A stretch of 64,000 bases of DNA from Felis catus (taxonomy: Eukaryota): assembly GCF_018350175.1 (NCBI RefSeq), contig NC_058368.1:38070001-38134000 (forward strand). Direction: 5' to 3'. Each line of letters opens with the position of its first letter. Position 1 is the first letter of the stretch. This document shows, in pieces, positions 25,600 through 37,602 of this stretch. The notes below the pieces were generated by a model. It was not told where the DNA came from. It ran no database searches and worked only from the letters and a program-made list of their open reading frames with translations. Position numbers and translations under genes: made by a program.

Positions 25600-25771
25600 G
25601 CACCGGCAGGGGAGGGGCAGAGAGAGAGAGAGAGAGAGAGAGAATTCCAAGCAGGCTCTGTACTGTCAGCACACATCCCAATGTGGGGCTTGAACTCAGG
25701 AACAGGGAGATCATGATCTGAGCCAAAACCAACAGTTGGAGGCTTAACCAACTGAGCCGCCCAGGCTTCCC
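25543..25771 (-). mobile_element. Can-SINE
   Basis: TSD taaagttgattttt at 25529-25542 and 25772-25785. Confidence 0.96.
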
Positions 25772-25799
25772 TAAAGTTGATTTTTAAAATGTGTTAACA

Positions 25800-25998
25800 G
25801 GGGTGGCTGGGTAGCTTAGTAGGTTGAGCGCTGGACATCTGATTTCAGCTCAGGTCCTGATCCCGATTTCTGAGATTAAGCCCTGTGTGAGACTCTGCTC
25901 ACAGGGTGGAGCCTGCGTGGGATTCTTTCCCTTCCTGTTTCTCTGCCCCTGCCACGCTCATGCTCTCTCAAAATAAATAAATAAGAACTTTAAAAAAA
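25800..25998 (+). mobile_element. Can-SINE (older), head-to-head with the previous SINE
   Basis: Head ggggtggctgggtagcttag, gctcaggtcctgatc, aaaataaataaa tail. Confidence 0.92.
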
Positions 25999-28630
25999 TG
26001 TTATGGAACTGAAAGACCTCAATGAACGTCTTCTTTCTCACCCCACTCACGATTTTGGTAACCACTGTTTGAAGAGCCTTGGTCCACTGCCTTTAAAATG
26101 TCAGTATTTGTCCCACCCTCAATACACATTCCATTGTCAATCAGTGTTAAGTACTTGAGAAGTTATACACTTGTGAAACAAATGGTTAAAAGCACACCGA
26201 TATGATATAGGAACTAGGAAAGGCATCTCCCAGCTATTCAAGAATCATGAAAATATGATGTATATTTATCTGTATGTTTGTTTATTTTTATGTCTAGCAA
26301 CACTGCTAGGTAGTGATTTCCAAGTGGATATGAGCATGACTATTTTGTTCATCATCATGCATCTAGACATAATATGGTTTCTGGCACGTGAGAGGAACTC
26401 TGAATACATAAGGAGTGAGGTAACCATCAGGGAAATAAATGGCTTGAATTAGCAGATTCTGTTTGGTACATTTAGGGTTAACCATGTGACAACTATGTTG
26501 AAATAAGAGACTCCAAAGCAAGACCCTGAAGATTTTACAACAGCACTTGTTACATGCAGCATCTAAAGGTCAGCAAATGCTTCATGAAAGCCTTTTGATG
26601 ACAGCTGTCATTACAACTTTACTACAAAGTAAGCTATGGTTATAAAAGCACTCGTGGGGAATGGTAGCCACTTTGAGACCAAAGGTTTACTGCTGGAGCT
26701 ATTTTTACATGTCAGGTCCACTTACAAATAGAACAGTAAGCAAGACAAATGAAGACTGTGTTCAAACTTGGTGGACATTGACTGCGTGACTTTGGTTGAG
26801 AACTTTGCAATTTAGTATTTCGGCTCCTTAAGACTCCTCATAGGATATTGAATATAAAGAAGGAGACATCATAAACCCACTCACACACACGCAAAATCAA
26901 TGATTTGTTTTATTGACAGTTCTCTAGAAGGTAGAGCAACTCAAAAATCTCAGTCCCTGGATGGATTGAAGAAATAGATTGCCGCATTTGTACGACCCCA
27001 AGCTAGGGGCATTTCTGCTGTTTCCTGTGTGTGACAGAAGAATAGTTGTGTAGAAGTGGGAAGTAAGATTTTTCCTTTACAGAGTTAGTCATTTTGGTAC
27101 TTACAGCTGAAGAATTCCAGAGGCCAAATAAATCACGAGAATGGAATATAAAGGAACAATGCTAAAGAAATAGACACTCGGTCTCGTTATTTTATGGAGG
27201 AGGAACCTGGAACTGAAAGAGTAAGTGATTTGTCAGAGGTTGCATAGTTGTGTGTGTAAAAGGGAGATAATAATTCCTGCTGTGAGGATCAGATGAGGTG
27301 ATTGTGCTTAGCAAAGCAGAAATCAGATAAACTTATATGCTTCTATAGCTTATATGTAACTTGTGTTCCTGACAGTGTTTAAATGTTTTTATTTTGGTTG
27401 ATTGAAAAAAAAAAAAATCCTGCAGCATCGGTGCCCTGTAACAGTGCTCAACTGGCAATCAGACTCTGACCCTGGCAAGTTCGTGGCCTTCCAGAGTTTA
27501 TTCCCTGTGCATGCTAAAGAGGAGGGTCATAAAAGCTGAGATGACACATTTTACGAATTAAAAGGGAGCAGGGAGAAAGAATTGTATTTGTAGCTGAGAT
27601 TCCCATGTCCCTCAGGTCTTGGCTTTTCAGTAAGCATCTGCTCTGGCATAGCTCTTTCCCTCCTCAATTCCTCTGCACTGAAGAGGTAGGTTTTTTTTTT
27701 TTTTTTTCAGCTCTGAAAACTTCCCCTTCAAATAGAAATGTCAGGAATTACTCAGAGGATAACTCCTAGCTCAGGTTCTAAGAAAAGACAGATCAGAAAA
27801 ACATCAATATCCACAATAACACACCACTTTGACATGATAAAATTTTCAATTTTAAGCATGGACAAATTCACTAAGGTTAACCTGAAAATATTCTGTCTTT
27901 TGTTCAGGGTCTGTCTTTCCCAAATTACAAAAACATAAACATACCATAAATCCTTCATAAGCCCTTCTTCCAGCCCATGTTCTGACAGATGTGCCCAGGT
28001 TCAGCTTCTGTAGAAATGTCAAACACATTGCAATAATAGGAATGGCTCCCTTAAATCACTAGACTTTACCCTTTCCCCCACTTTGCTCCAAATAGCTTCA
28101 CCTTTAATCTCCTTATCACTGTTAATCCCCACATCCACCTCTGGATCTGTCTACCCAAGTGTCTGCTAAGTAATCATCCCTAAGACCTTTGTTATACTGC
28201 CATTTTCTTTATTTTTTGGTTTAATTTTGTCATTTCACATTAGAAATTACCTCTCAGTTTATTCCTTTCTTACTGGCCTACTATTTTTAGAGCTCTATAA
28301 ACTGTGCCTTTTCAATGACTTTTCTTGCACTGAAGGGTAGTTTTCAATATGCAGAAGTCTTGAATAATAGATAAATAGAGATAGAAACCCGGAGAGTGTT
28401 AAGCTGAGGGTGCTGCTAGGCAAAGCAAGGCTAACCTGACCCCATGGAAGAACCATGCCTTGTGGAATGGGTCCTGGCCCATCAAAGGGTAACCCCAAGA
28501 TCATTAAAGAATTGGTTCTTTTCTTATATTTAAATATAATGAAGGAGAGCAACTCTTGAGAAGTCAGTATCTGACTAAGGCAAGCATGGGACTCAAGGCA
28601 GCTCCAGATGGTTCAGTTAAAAGGAGTCTT

Positions 28631-28842
28631 GGGGTACCTGGGTGGCTCAGTCTGTTAAGTGTCTGACTTCAGCTTAGATCATGATCTCACGGTTTGTGAG
28701 TTTGAGCCCTGTGTCGGGCTCTGTGCTGACAGCTCAGAGCCTGGAGCCTGCTTTGGATTCTGGGTCCCCCTCTCTCTCTGCCCCTCCCCAGCTCATGTTC
28801 TGTCTCTCTCTTAAACAAAATAAATAGACTTAAAAAAAAAAA
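28631..28842 (+). mobile_element. Can-SINE
   Basis: Full SINE; TSD aaaaggagtct / aaaaggaatct. Confidence 0.96.
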
Positions 28843-30505
28843 AGGAATCTGTGCCCTGGTGATTCAGGGTTGGTTACTCTATGGAAGCTCAGTTACTCTA
28901 TGGAAGGCTCATGCTTTCCCCTCAGGTCCTAAGACTCAGGAAGTACAGTGGTGGTTTTTCAGTAAGTGAACTCAGTCCATTAGCTAGAGTTCAAAGAGTA
29001 CAGTGAAGTCATAGACCACAGAGAGTTGTAAGTTACAACAACAGGCTTTTTTTAATGCCAATTCTGGCCATGTTTCTGAGAAGTTATTGCTATGCATTCT
29101 TCTCCTTGGTCTCTGACCACTCGCTATCTGGAAATTTGTCATATCATCCAGACTCAGCATCATGCAGCACCTAAATTTCTGAGCACACTGCTCAGGGATC
29201 ATCGCTCAGAATTTCATTATCATAGGAAATGATGTGATTCTTTTCTTATTTATAACTCTAGAGTCCTTTAAAGACAAGATCTGGTATGAGGTTTCCAATT
29301 CACTTTAGAAGAAAAGTATTCGTCCCCTCGATGTTAAGATAGATCTTCTGCAAAGAAATGATGTTTTGAGCTATAACAGTAGTTTCCAGGGTCATTCTGT
29401 GATAATGTGCTACTCATTTTGTATTTTAAATCTCATCACATGTTACATTATTGTTATGAAGAAGAAACTAGTGCAACAGCTCTCTTCTTAATATTGAAAA
29501 CACACACAAACAGTGAAAAAATGAATGAGGGAGTCTGCGGAAAGGTTAGCGTGCACATTTTAGGCAGAGATATTTAGTGTTCCCATTGAGCTGTCAAACC
29601 TGAGCAACTGATTTAAAACAAAGTGTATATTTAAAGTGTCAGTAATGACTTCTTTCCCCTAACAATATGTTAGAATATTTGGTTTAATTCTGCTTTCATC
29701 TTTGACAGCTAGCAAGTTTCTCAAATAATTCTTGAATGCCCTATTCAGCAGAAATTCAATCTGGTAGGGATTCTTGCTGTAAGTCATGCCTAGATAACTA
29801 AAGCGTCAGTAACTGTGAACCTAAGCACTATTAAGAAACTGAAATGTATAATCTCCCTGTAGAAGAAAATCTTCTAAGTCATTTTATCACAAAATCCTCA
29901 CAGATACTTCTGCCTTTTCCATAATCCAATAAGAAAAAGAATCATATCAGTGTAGTAAGCACTATTCTGCCGTAGGTTCAATCAGTTCTCAGATACCAAG
30001 GGAAGAGAAAGACGGTTTGGGAAAGAGAAAAAGTATCCTCAAAGCTGCTTAACAGTAGAATAGTCTCAAACAGCAAAGAAAATCTTCAAATTTGTGTTAT
30101 TTGTATATTCAGTAATTCTTGAGCCAAAGAAGTGATATATATTTATTTCTTTAGGCATGTTTATATAATTACCTCGCTATGCAATCATATGTTCTACAAT
30201 TATATATTATACATTTAGCATAGATATCATTTTATATGCATATTATATAATACATTATGTAATGTATTTCATATTATAAAATTCCATATATATTTAACAC
30301 ATTGATATATATAATTTTATTTTAATTTTATATAACATATTTATGTAGTGTACATTATTCAGAAGTTTCCTTCTGAATATATACTTACCTCTGCTCCATT
30401 CTTATTCCATAGTTAAGTAACAAATAAGCATGGTTCTAAATGAACCACGACTGCAACTCCCTGTATTTTTGAGGAATGTAGTTAATAATTTGACAGATTA
30501 ATTTA

Positions 30506-30709
30506 GGGGTGCTTGGGTGGCTCAGTCGGTCAAGCATCTGAGTCAACTCATGTTTTGTGGGTTCGAGCCCCACATTGGGCTCCCCTCTGACAGTGTGGAG
30601 CCTTCTTGGGATTCTCTCTCTCCCTGTATCTCTGCCCCTTCCCCACTTGCACACTCTCATGCTCGCTCTCTCTCTCAAAATAAATAAATACACTTTAAAC
30701 ATTAAAAAA
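30506..30709 (+). mobile_element. Can-SINE
   Basis: TSD aataatttgacagattaa on both sides. Confidence 0.96.
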
Positions 30710-31289
30710 AATAATTTGACAGATTAACTTAAATGGAACAAAGCCTCAAAGCAGCAATCATTTTAACATTTTTGCCAAAGGATTTTAAATATGTCATATA
30801 GCATTTTAGTAGAATGTTTAAAATTTTGTACTTTAATACAAAAACAGGTAACATTGGAAAGTTTGTGACAAGTAAATTAAATTATCTGGACAGCCTTGTC
30901 TATAATTTGTTCTAGAGAATCTTAAGATTTCTGCGATTTATACTGTTCATTCTGTCTTAGTGTTGTCGTACTTCAACATCCACTCTTGTAAGAGAGGATT
31001 GCATATAGATGAGATAGTGTTCTTTGGAAGAATTCTGTAGGGAGAACAGGTTATTTCCAAGTCCCACAATGAGAATTATGTGAGAACAACAGGGACACAG
31101 GTCTTTTTTAATCAGGCTTATGGTGAATTTCAGCTTTCATTCTACTTGGTGTTTTTCTTTCTTCCTTACTTTACTGTGTATCTGTTCTGTACCTCTAGGC
31201 CAACTACCACTCTTGCCTCTAATAACTGGCATCTCCAGCTAATTGGATATTGGAAGCAATAAATAACTTCCCTGAGACTAATTGTGGGG

Positions 31290-31460
31290 ATATCCTAATA
31301 ATAATTCTATGACATAGGTATTTTTTACACACTGCATTTTCTAAATAAGGAAACTGAGGCTCAGAGAGGTAAAGTAACTTCAAAGACAAAAGGTTGCTAT
31401 ATGGTAGATACTGAATTAGAACTCAGGTCGCACTAACTCTAAAATCCATACTCTTAACCA
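31290..31460 (-). mobile_element. MIR
   Basis: aaggaaactgaggctcagagaggtaaagtaactt...gaactcaggtc. Confidence 0.85.
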
Positions 31461-31829
31461 TTAAGGGACATTGCCCGTACAAAGAATTCCTACATATTCA
31501 TTCACTACCTTGGCACATTGCCAACACCTGTGTCAAAAATTTATTGCCCCTCGATCCATACATGACTCTGGGAAGTCAAGCATTGTGTTTCTATCCAGAC
31601 AAGAGAGTATTTGTCTTTCAAGTGCTTGTATTATCCATCTTTATATTATACTTTTTCTCACCTTAAGTGGACAGTGGCATTTTCTTATATGCAATGACAC
31701 ACTGGGGGATCTCTGAATATAGATGGAGAACGTACTGACAGTTGATTTCCGTATGTAGAGGGAGATCATTCTCTATTGATCTTTTCAATTTTCTTAAATT
31801 CCAAAATTGCAAGTCTCCAAAACATATTT

Positions 31830-32275
31830 TGAGGAGATTGGTTGTTACCAGGGTCTGGGAGGGAGTGGAGAGAGGAAAGTTGTTGTTTATTATTTTTTTA
31901 ATTTTTTTTTCAACGTTTACTTATTTTTGGGACAGAGAGAGTCAGAGCATGAACGGGGGAGGGGCAGAGAGAGAGGGAGACACAGAATCGGAAACAGGCT
32001 CCAGGCTCTGAGCCATCAGCCCAGAGCCTGACGCGGGGCTCGAACTCACGGACCGCGAGATCGTGACCTGGCTGAAGTCGGACGCTTAACCGACTGCGCC
32101 ACCCAGGCGCCCGAAAGTTGTTGTTTAAAGGAGTATAGAGTTTTAGATTTACAAAGTAAATAAGTTTCAGGTATTTATTTTACAACCGTGTGAATATATT
32201 TAGCACTACTGAACCATACACTTAAGGTAGTTAAGATGATAAATTTTATTTATGAATTTTTTACCAAAATAAAAA
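31830..32275 (+). mobile_element. Old L1M 3' end interrupted by a young SINE
   Basis: ggttgttaccagggtctgggagg...tgtgaatatatttagcactactgaaccatacacttaa...gttaagatgataaatttta. Confidence 0.8.
31890..32112 (-). mobile_element. Young felid SINE (SINEC_Fc1-like)
   Basis: CpG-rich and near consensus; perfect 15-bp TSD gaaagttgttgttta (31875-31889, 32113-32127). Confidence 0.98.
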
Positions 32276-32381
32276 AGGAAAAGAGCACATTGTATTTCAA
32301 TATATGTTTATTGGAGATATACTATACACATTGTAATAATTTAGTTTATATTTGCTGGTAGCTTAGAAGTTATTTCTTCCT

Positions 32382-32618
32382 GGGCACCTGGGTGCCTCAG
32401 TCGGTTAAGCATCTGACTTCAGCTCAGGTCATGATCTCACAGTCTGTGAGTTTGAGCCCCACATCAGGCTCTGTGCTGACAGCTCAGAGCCTGGAGACTC
32501 ATTTGGATTCTCTGTCTCTCTGTCTGTCTGTCTGTCTGTCTCTCTCATTCTCTCTCTCTGCCCCTCCCCCACTCATGCTCTGTCTCTGTCTCAAAAATAA
32601 ACATTAAATTTTTTTTAA
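32382..32618 (+). mobile_element. Can-SINE
   Basis: TSD aagttatttcttcct. Confidence 0.96.
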
Positions 32619-32954
32619 AAAGTTATTTCTTCCTAAATCTACACGTCTTAGTCTATACCTGCCTTCCTCAATGCCTAATACATAGCATATTGTTCTTTAT
32701 CCCATTTAACTCTTTCCTTACTACTCAGCAGAAGGATTCATGTGTATTTGACCGTTGGATATAATGTGGAATTTTTAGCAGTGAGACTTACAGAATCAGA
32801 TAAACAAGTATCACGGTACAAAATATCATGTTTTGAGCCATGTAACTTTGGGCAAGAAAATTTCACTTGACTTTAGGGTCCTCATTGGTGAATGTAAATA
32901 TCAAAGGCAATATTTCAGATGTCATAAGAATTCAGTGTTATGCCTTTAAATATC

Positions 32955-33158
32955 TTTTTTTCTTAAGTTTTTTAATGTTGATTTATTTTTTAGAGAGAGA
33001 GTGTGTGTGTGAGAGGGGGAGGGTCAGAGAGAGAGGGAGACACAGAATCCAAAGCAGGCTTCAGGCTTCAAGCTATCAGGATAGAGCCTGACGTGGGGCT
33101 CACACTCACAAACCATGAGATCATGACCTGAGCCCAAGTTGGAGCCACCCAGCCTCCC
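32955..33158 (-). mobile_element. Can-SINE inserted in a MIR remnant
   Basis: Antisense SINE; TSD ttatgcctttaa. Confidence 0.93.
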
Positions 33159-33297
33159 TTATGCCTTTAAGTGTCTTTTCACAACTACTGGTATATAAGC
33201 ACCACCAACTGAATAAAATATAATGTTATTTTTTATTTATATGATTCTGTCTTCATATTTTTACTTCTTTCTGGCATGAATCCAAGATTTGTTCTCC

Positions 33298-33366
<69 letters not shown>
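33298..33366. repeat. Poly(A) followed by a perfect (TA)n microsatellite
   Basis: Direct inspection. Confidence 0.97.
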
Positions 33367-33369
<3 letters not shown>

Positions 33370-33419
33370 ATGAACAAATATAAGCAAATGTGGGCAAATA
33401 CAAGCAGATGTGGGCAAAT

Positions 33420-34600
33420 ACAAGTTCCTTTTCTTCTTGGATGGGCAAAAGCTTGACTAAATTCTTCTGCTTCTCATGCAATCCAAACTTCCTTACGGCC
33501 AAGTTCTAGTTCACTAGAAATTAAGCAGAAATGATGTGGTCCCCTTCCAGGGCCAGGGCCAGGCCCAGGTAGAGAGCCAGGCCCATAAAATTCTCCCATT
33601 CACTGTCTTCTGTGTTCTTGATATTCTTGTAAGTTTGAGATAACACAGCAAATCTGGAAGTCATATGATAAAAGTGATGAAGCCATAAGATGGAAGCAGT
33701 CTGTGTGGAGAAGAGTCACCCATCAAATAACAATGTGTTTTGGAGTTTATGTAAACAAGAACTAATATCTTTTGCTATTTAAATTTTTATAGATTGTGAG
33801 GTTGGCTCATTCGAGCTGCTGACTAAAGAAACTGGTATCCTGGGGCGCCTGGGTGGCGCAGTCGGTTAAGCGTCCGACTTCAGCCAGGTCACGATCTCGC
33901 GGTCCGTGAGTTCGAGCCCGGCGTCGGGCTCTGGGCTGATGGCTCAGAGCCTGGAGCCTGTTTCCGATTCTGTGTCTCCCTCTCTCTCTGCCCCTCCCCC
34001 GTTCATGCTCTGTCTCTCTCTGTCCCAAAAATAAATAAACGTTGAAAAAAAATTAAAAAAAAAAAAAAGAAATTGGTATCTTGAAGTGACAAAGGAGAAG
34101 AATCTCACAAGGACTGTCCACCCTGATTTCATGATCACTGTAGCCAGTGATTGCTGTGTATCTCAATATTTCCATTTTATGAATAAGAGTCCTTATTATA
34201 GTTTTCCTGGGCTCTCTTAGCACTGTTAATTGGCCAAGGGGTGATAGAAACCTTGTCTTTGTAGCTCATGAGTGGCTAGAGTAAAGGAGCAAGCTCAGAT
34301 ATAATAGAAAAAACTATATATCAGATGGAGAGCCTATGACTGAGCTGAATGCAATGATTTGATGGGAACGTAAATTGTCTTGGGGATCCACGAGCATGTT
34401 ATTGTGTCTGTAGAAAGAACATTAAAATAAAGATTTGGTATCCAGAAGAAATTATAGTGACATAAATTGGCTAGCTGTTTATACAAATCATGTCCTCTTT
34501 TTTTCTAGATAAAATAGTTCATCTTCTGTCTACTTAGTTATTGCCATGTGGCTGTTTTCTCAACAGTGTTCAGTGTATGGCACATGAGTAATTTTTGAAA
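33420..34600 (+). mobile_element. Old MaLR (MLT1-type) LTR plus internal remnant, interrupted by a SINE
   Basis: gcagaaatgatgtggtccccttccagg, gccataagatggaagcag, LTR/internal junction aaactggtatcttgaagtg; a second LTR start near 34470. Confidence 0.6.
33842..34066 (+). mobile_element. Young felid SINE (SINEC_Fc1-like)
   Basis: ggggcgcctgggtggcgcagtcggttaagcgtccgac..., CpG-rich; TSD aagaaactggtatc / aagaaattggtatc. Confidence 0.98.
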
Positions 34601-34619
34601 GCTAGCCCTGGATATCAGA

Positions 34620-36040
34620 CATAGGGTTTGATGTGGAATTCAACAAGATAGTTCTAAAATTCATATGTGAAAACTAAAAGCCAAAATTAGCCAAAGGAAG
34701 ATATTTCTGAGAAGGGAAATTGAGACATCAAATTGATGTTGTATGGTATAGGAGTTAATAGCAATGGATTAAAGAAAACATAAGGAGCTGTATACATGTA
34801 TAGAAACTCTTCAGTAGATAGCGCTAGGGGCTTTGGTTACGGAAAAGGAGAAGAATGAAGTTAGATCTCTACACTGCACAACATCTGAAAATGCATGACA
34901 AGTGGATTAAAGGCATGACTATCACACTTTGAGAAAATATGGAAGAATATCCCTATGACTTTGTATGGATAGGCAAGGATTTTTGTAACAAGACACAAAA
35001 ACTGGGAAGTTTACAAAAGGAGAAAGTGGGGAAAGATGAATACATTTTATCACATTAACATTAAGAAATTCTAGCGGAGGGGAAGGGGGGGAAAGTTACA
35101 GAGAGGGAGGGAGGCAAGCCATAAGACACTCTTAAATACTGAGAACAAACTGAGGGTTGATGGGAGTTGGGGGAGAGGGGAAAGTGATGGGCATTGAGGA
35201 GGGCACCTGTTGGGATGAGCATCGGGTGTTATATGGAAACCAATTTGACAATAAATTATATTTAATATAAAAAATGAAGTTTAAAAATGGAAAAAAATAA
35301 AATTAAAACATTCTGTAAATGAAAAGGCACTTTAATGATAAAGACAATATATGCTAGAAATTGGAACAAATTATTTGTAACATATGTAATTGATAAAGGA
35401 TTTGTGTTTAGAACCTATAAAGAACTCCAGTAAATCAATAAGAAACAAGTTATTGGAAAAGGGACAAGATATTGGAATTAATAGAATTATTCCAAATAAG
35501 CCATAATATTTGAAAGGATGCTCAGCCTCATTACTAATAGATAGCTGTAAGTTAGCATGGCCATAAAATAAAATAGACCTATCTCCTTGGGAACAATTCA
35601 GAGTTATCTCAACATGAAATATTGTCAACAATGTCTAGGAATGACGACTTTCACTAAAAGTGGTGGAAGTAAAAATTGGTAGAAGTTAAAAAACTTGTTT
35701 CTAAGATGTTCTATATGTGTTTATCCTACAACCGAACCATTTCCTTTTCATTTATATACTGGAGAAATGATATTACATATGCACCAGGCATGTATAAGAA
35801 CACATAAACAAAGTTATTCACAGCAGAAAAACTTCTAATATAATTCAAATGTCCGCTAATGGCAAAATGCAAAGTTTGAAACATAATATATCATTATGAT
35901 AAAATGTTGTAAGTGAGAAGAAATGAAAAACTGCATACTTTTACGTATAAAAATATGAAAAGCATTTTTATATGTATAAAAATATGTATAATTTTATGCT
36001 ATATGTATTAACTTGAAGAATAAGGAAACTAACCCATCAT
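34620..36040 (+). mobile_element. Old L1M ORF2 3' remnant
   Basis: ttctaaaattcatatg, agtggattaaagg, gaaaggatgctcagcctcatta, ccatttcctttt..tatatact. Confidence 0.75.
35074..35302 (+). mobile_element. Short felid L1 3' end nested in the old L1M
   Basis: gaacaaactgagggttgatggg...gggatgagcatcgggtgttatatggaaaccaatttgacaataaa; TSD attaagaaattct / attaaaacattct. Confidence 0.9.
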
Positions 36041-36065
36041 TTAAGAATTAATGGAGAATTAGGAT

Positions 36066-36287
36066 GGGGCGCCTGGGTGGCACAGTCGGTTAAGAGTCGG
36101 ACTTCAGCCAGGTCACGATCTCACGGTCCGTGAGTTCGAGCCCCGCGTCAGGCTCTGGGCTGATGGCTCAGAGCCTGGAGCCTGTTTCCGATTCTGTGTC
36201 TCCCTCTCTCTCTGCCCCTCCCCCGTTCATGCTCTGTCTCTCTCTGTCCCAAAAATAGATAAACGTTGAAAAAAAAATAAAAAAAAA
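36066..36287 (+). mobile_element. Young felid SINE (SINEC_Fc1-like)
   Basis: 22-bp flanking direct repeat aagaattaatggagaattagga (36043-36064, 36288-36309). Confidence 0.98.
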
Positions 36288-36917
36288 AAGAATTAATGGA
36301 GAATTAGGAGAATGGTAGAGAAAATTAATAATTATATGACTTAGGTAAGTCTGTGTCACTTGCCAAAAAAAAAAATCTCCATAATTTTACAGAATTTAAG
36401 CTTCATTATTGCTCATGGAAAGTTCAGTGCAAATGATGGCATCCTATATGTGATAACACACAAATCCAGGCTGCTTTAATCTTGTGCTCTACCACTGTTT
36501 CCTAGCAAAAGGCCAAAGAGAGTTGAGGACTACCTAGAACTTGACTTTGCTTCACAGAGTAGTAAGAAATTTTATTTCCGGTTATATTTCATTTTTCAGC
36601 CTTGCCTACTTGTTGAGTGGGGAGGGCCTGGAAAATTTTGTCTCCTATATGGCCAGGTAGGAAAGGTATATAAAGAATTAATGAGAACTGTTAATGTTTA
36701 TCAGAGAAGTTAACACAAAATCCAGTATCAGTGTTCTTTAGGAAGAGAGGTAGGGAAGAAGGAAAAAGGCTATGTTTATGGGAGGAGAGCAAACCAGAGG
36801 TGGAAAGCTTCTAAGCTACCAGTAATAGTCTCTTTTTTTTTTAATAATAATCTTTTTAGTAATGGTCTTTTCTTTTTTTCATATTATTTTTTAGCCTAGG
36901 TAATAGTTACATGTGTT

Positions 36918-36936
36918 TTCATTTGATTATCATAAG

Positions 36937-36985
<49 letters not shown>

Positions 36986-37153
36986 GTATATAAAAGTGTG
37001 TATGTGTTATATATATATATATTCATTTGATTATCATATAAGACATATATATATACATATATATGTATAAAAAGTGTGTATGTGTTTTATATATATATTT
37101 TTTATATGTATATAAAATGTAGTACATTTATATGTATATAAAAATGTAGTACA
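36918..37153. repeat. (TA)n-rich compound repeat with higher-order duplications
   Basis: ttcatttgattatcat...aaaagtgtgtatgtgtt occurs twice; tttatatgtatataaaatgtagtaca occurs twice. Confidence 0.9.
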
Positions 37154-37171
37154 AACATCATGTATATGAGA

Positions 37172-37602
37172 TTAATGAACCCAAAATGTCCATATCCTAA
37201 TGCATAACACGTGTAAGTTACCTACATGACAAAAAAAAATTTAGCAGGTGTGATTAAGGTTAAGAACGTTGGGGAGAAGATGGGGAGATTTTCCAGGTTT
37301 ATCTGAGTGGCCCCAATCTAATTTCATGGATCTTTGAGAGTGGGGAACCTTTCCCAGATGTGGTCTATTTGCTTTAAAGATGGAGGAAAGAGAATACCAG
37401 CAGCTTCTAGAGGTTGGAAAAGGCAAGGAACAGGATTCTCCCTTAGAGACTCCAAAAAGAAACACAGCCCTACCCACACCTTGATTTTAGCCTTATGTAA
37501 GACTCGTGTTAGACCCACAGAACTGGAAATTAATAAATAAGTATTGTTTTAAATCTAAAAGTTTGTGATAATTTGTTATCATACCAATAGGAAACAAATA
37601 CA
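37172..37602 (+). mobile_element. Solo MaLR LTR (MLT1C/D-like)
   Basis: gcaggtgtgattaaggttaag, ggaaaaggcaaggaacaggattctccc, ttgtgataatttgtta...aataggaaacaaataca terminus. Confidence 0.88.

Noticed and set aside
31742..36359. Recurring peptides such as FWDRERQSMNGGGAEREGDTESETGSRL in several ORFs
   Set aside because: Antisense translations of young SINEs, not a gene family.
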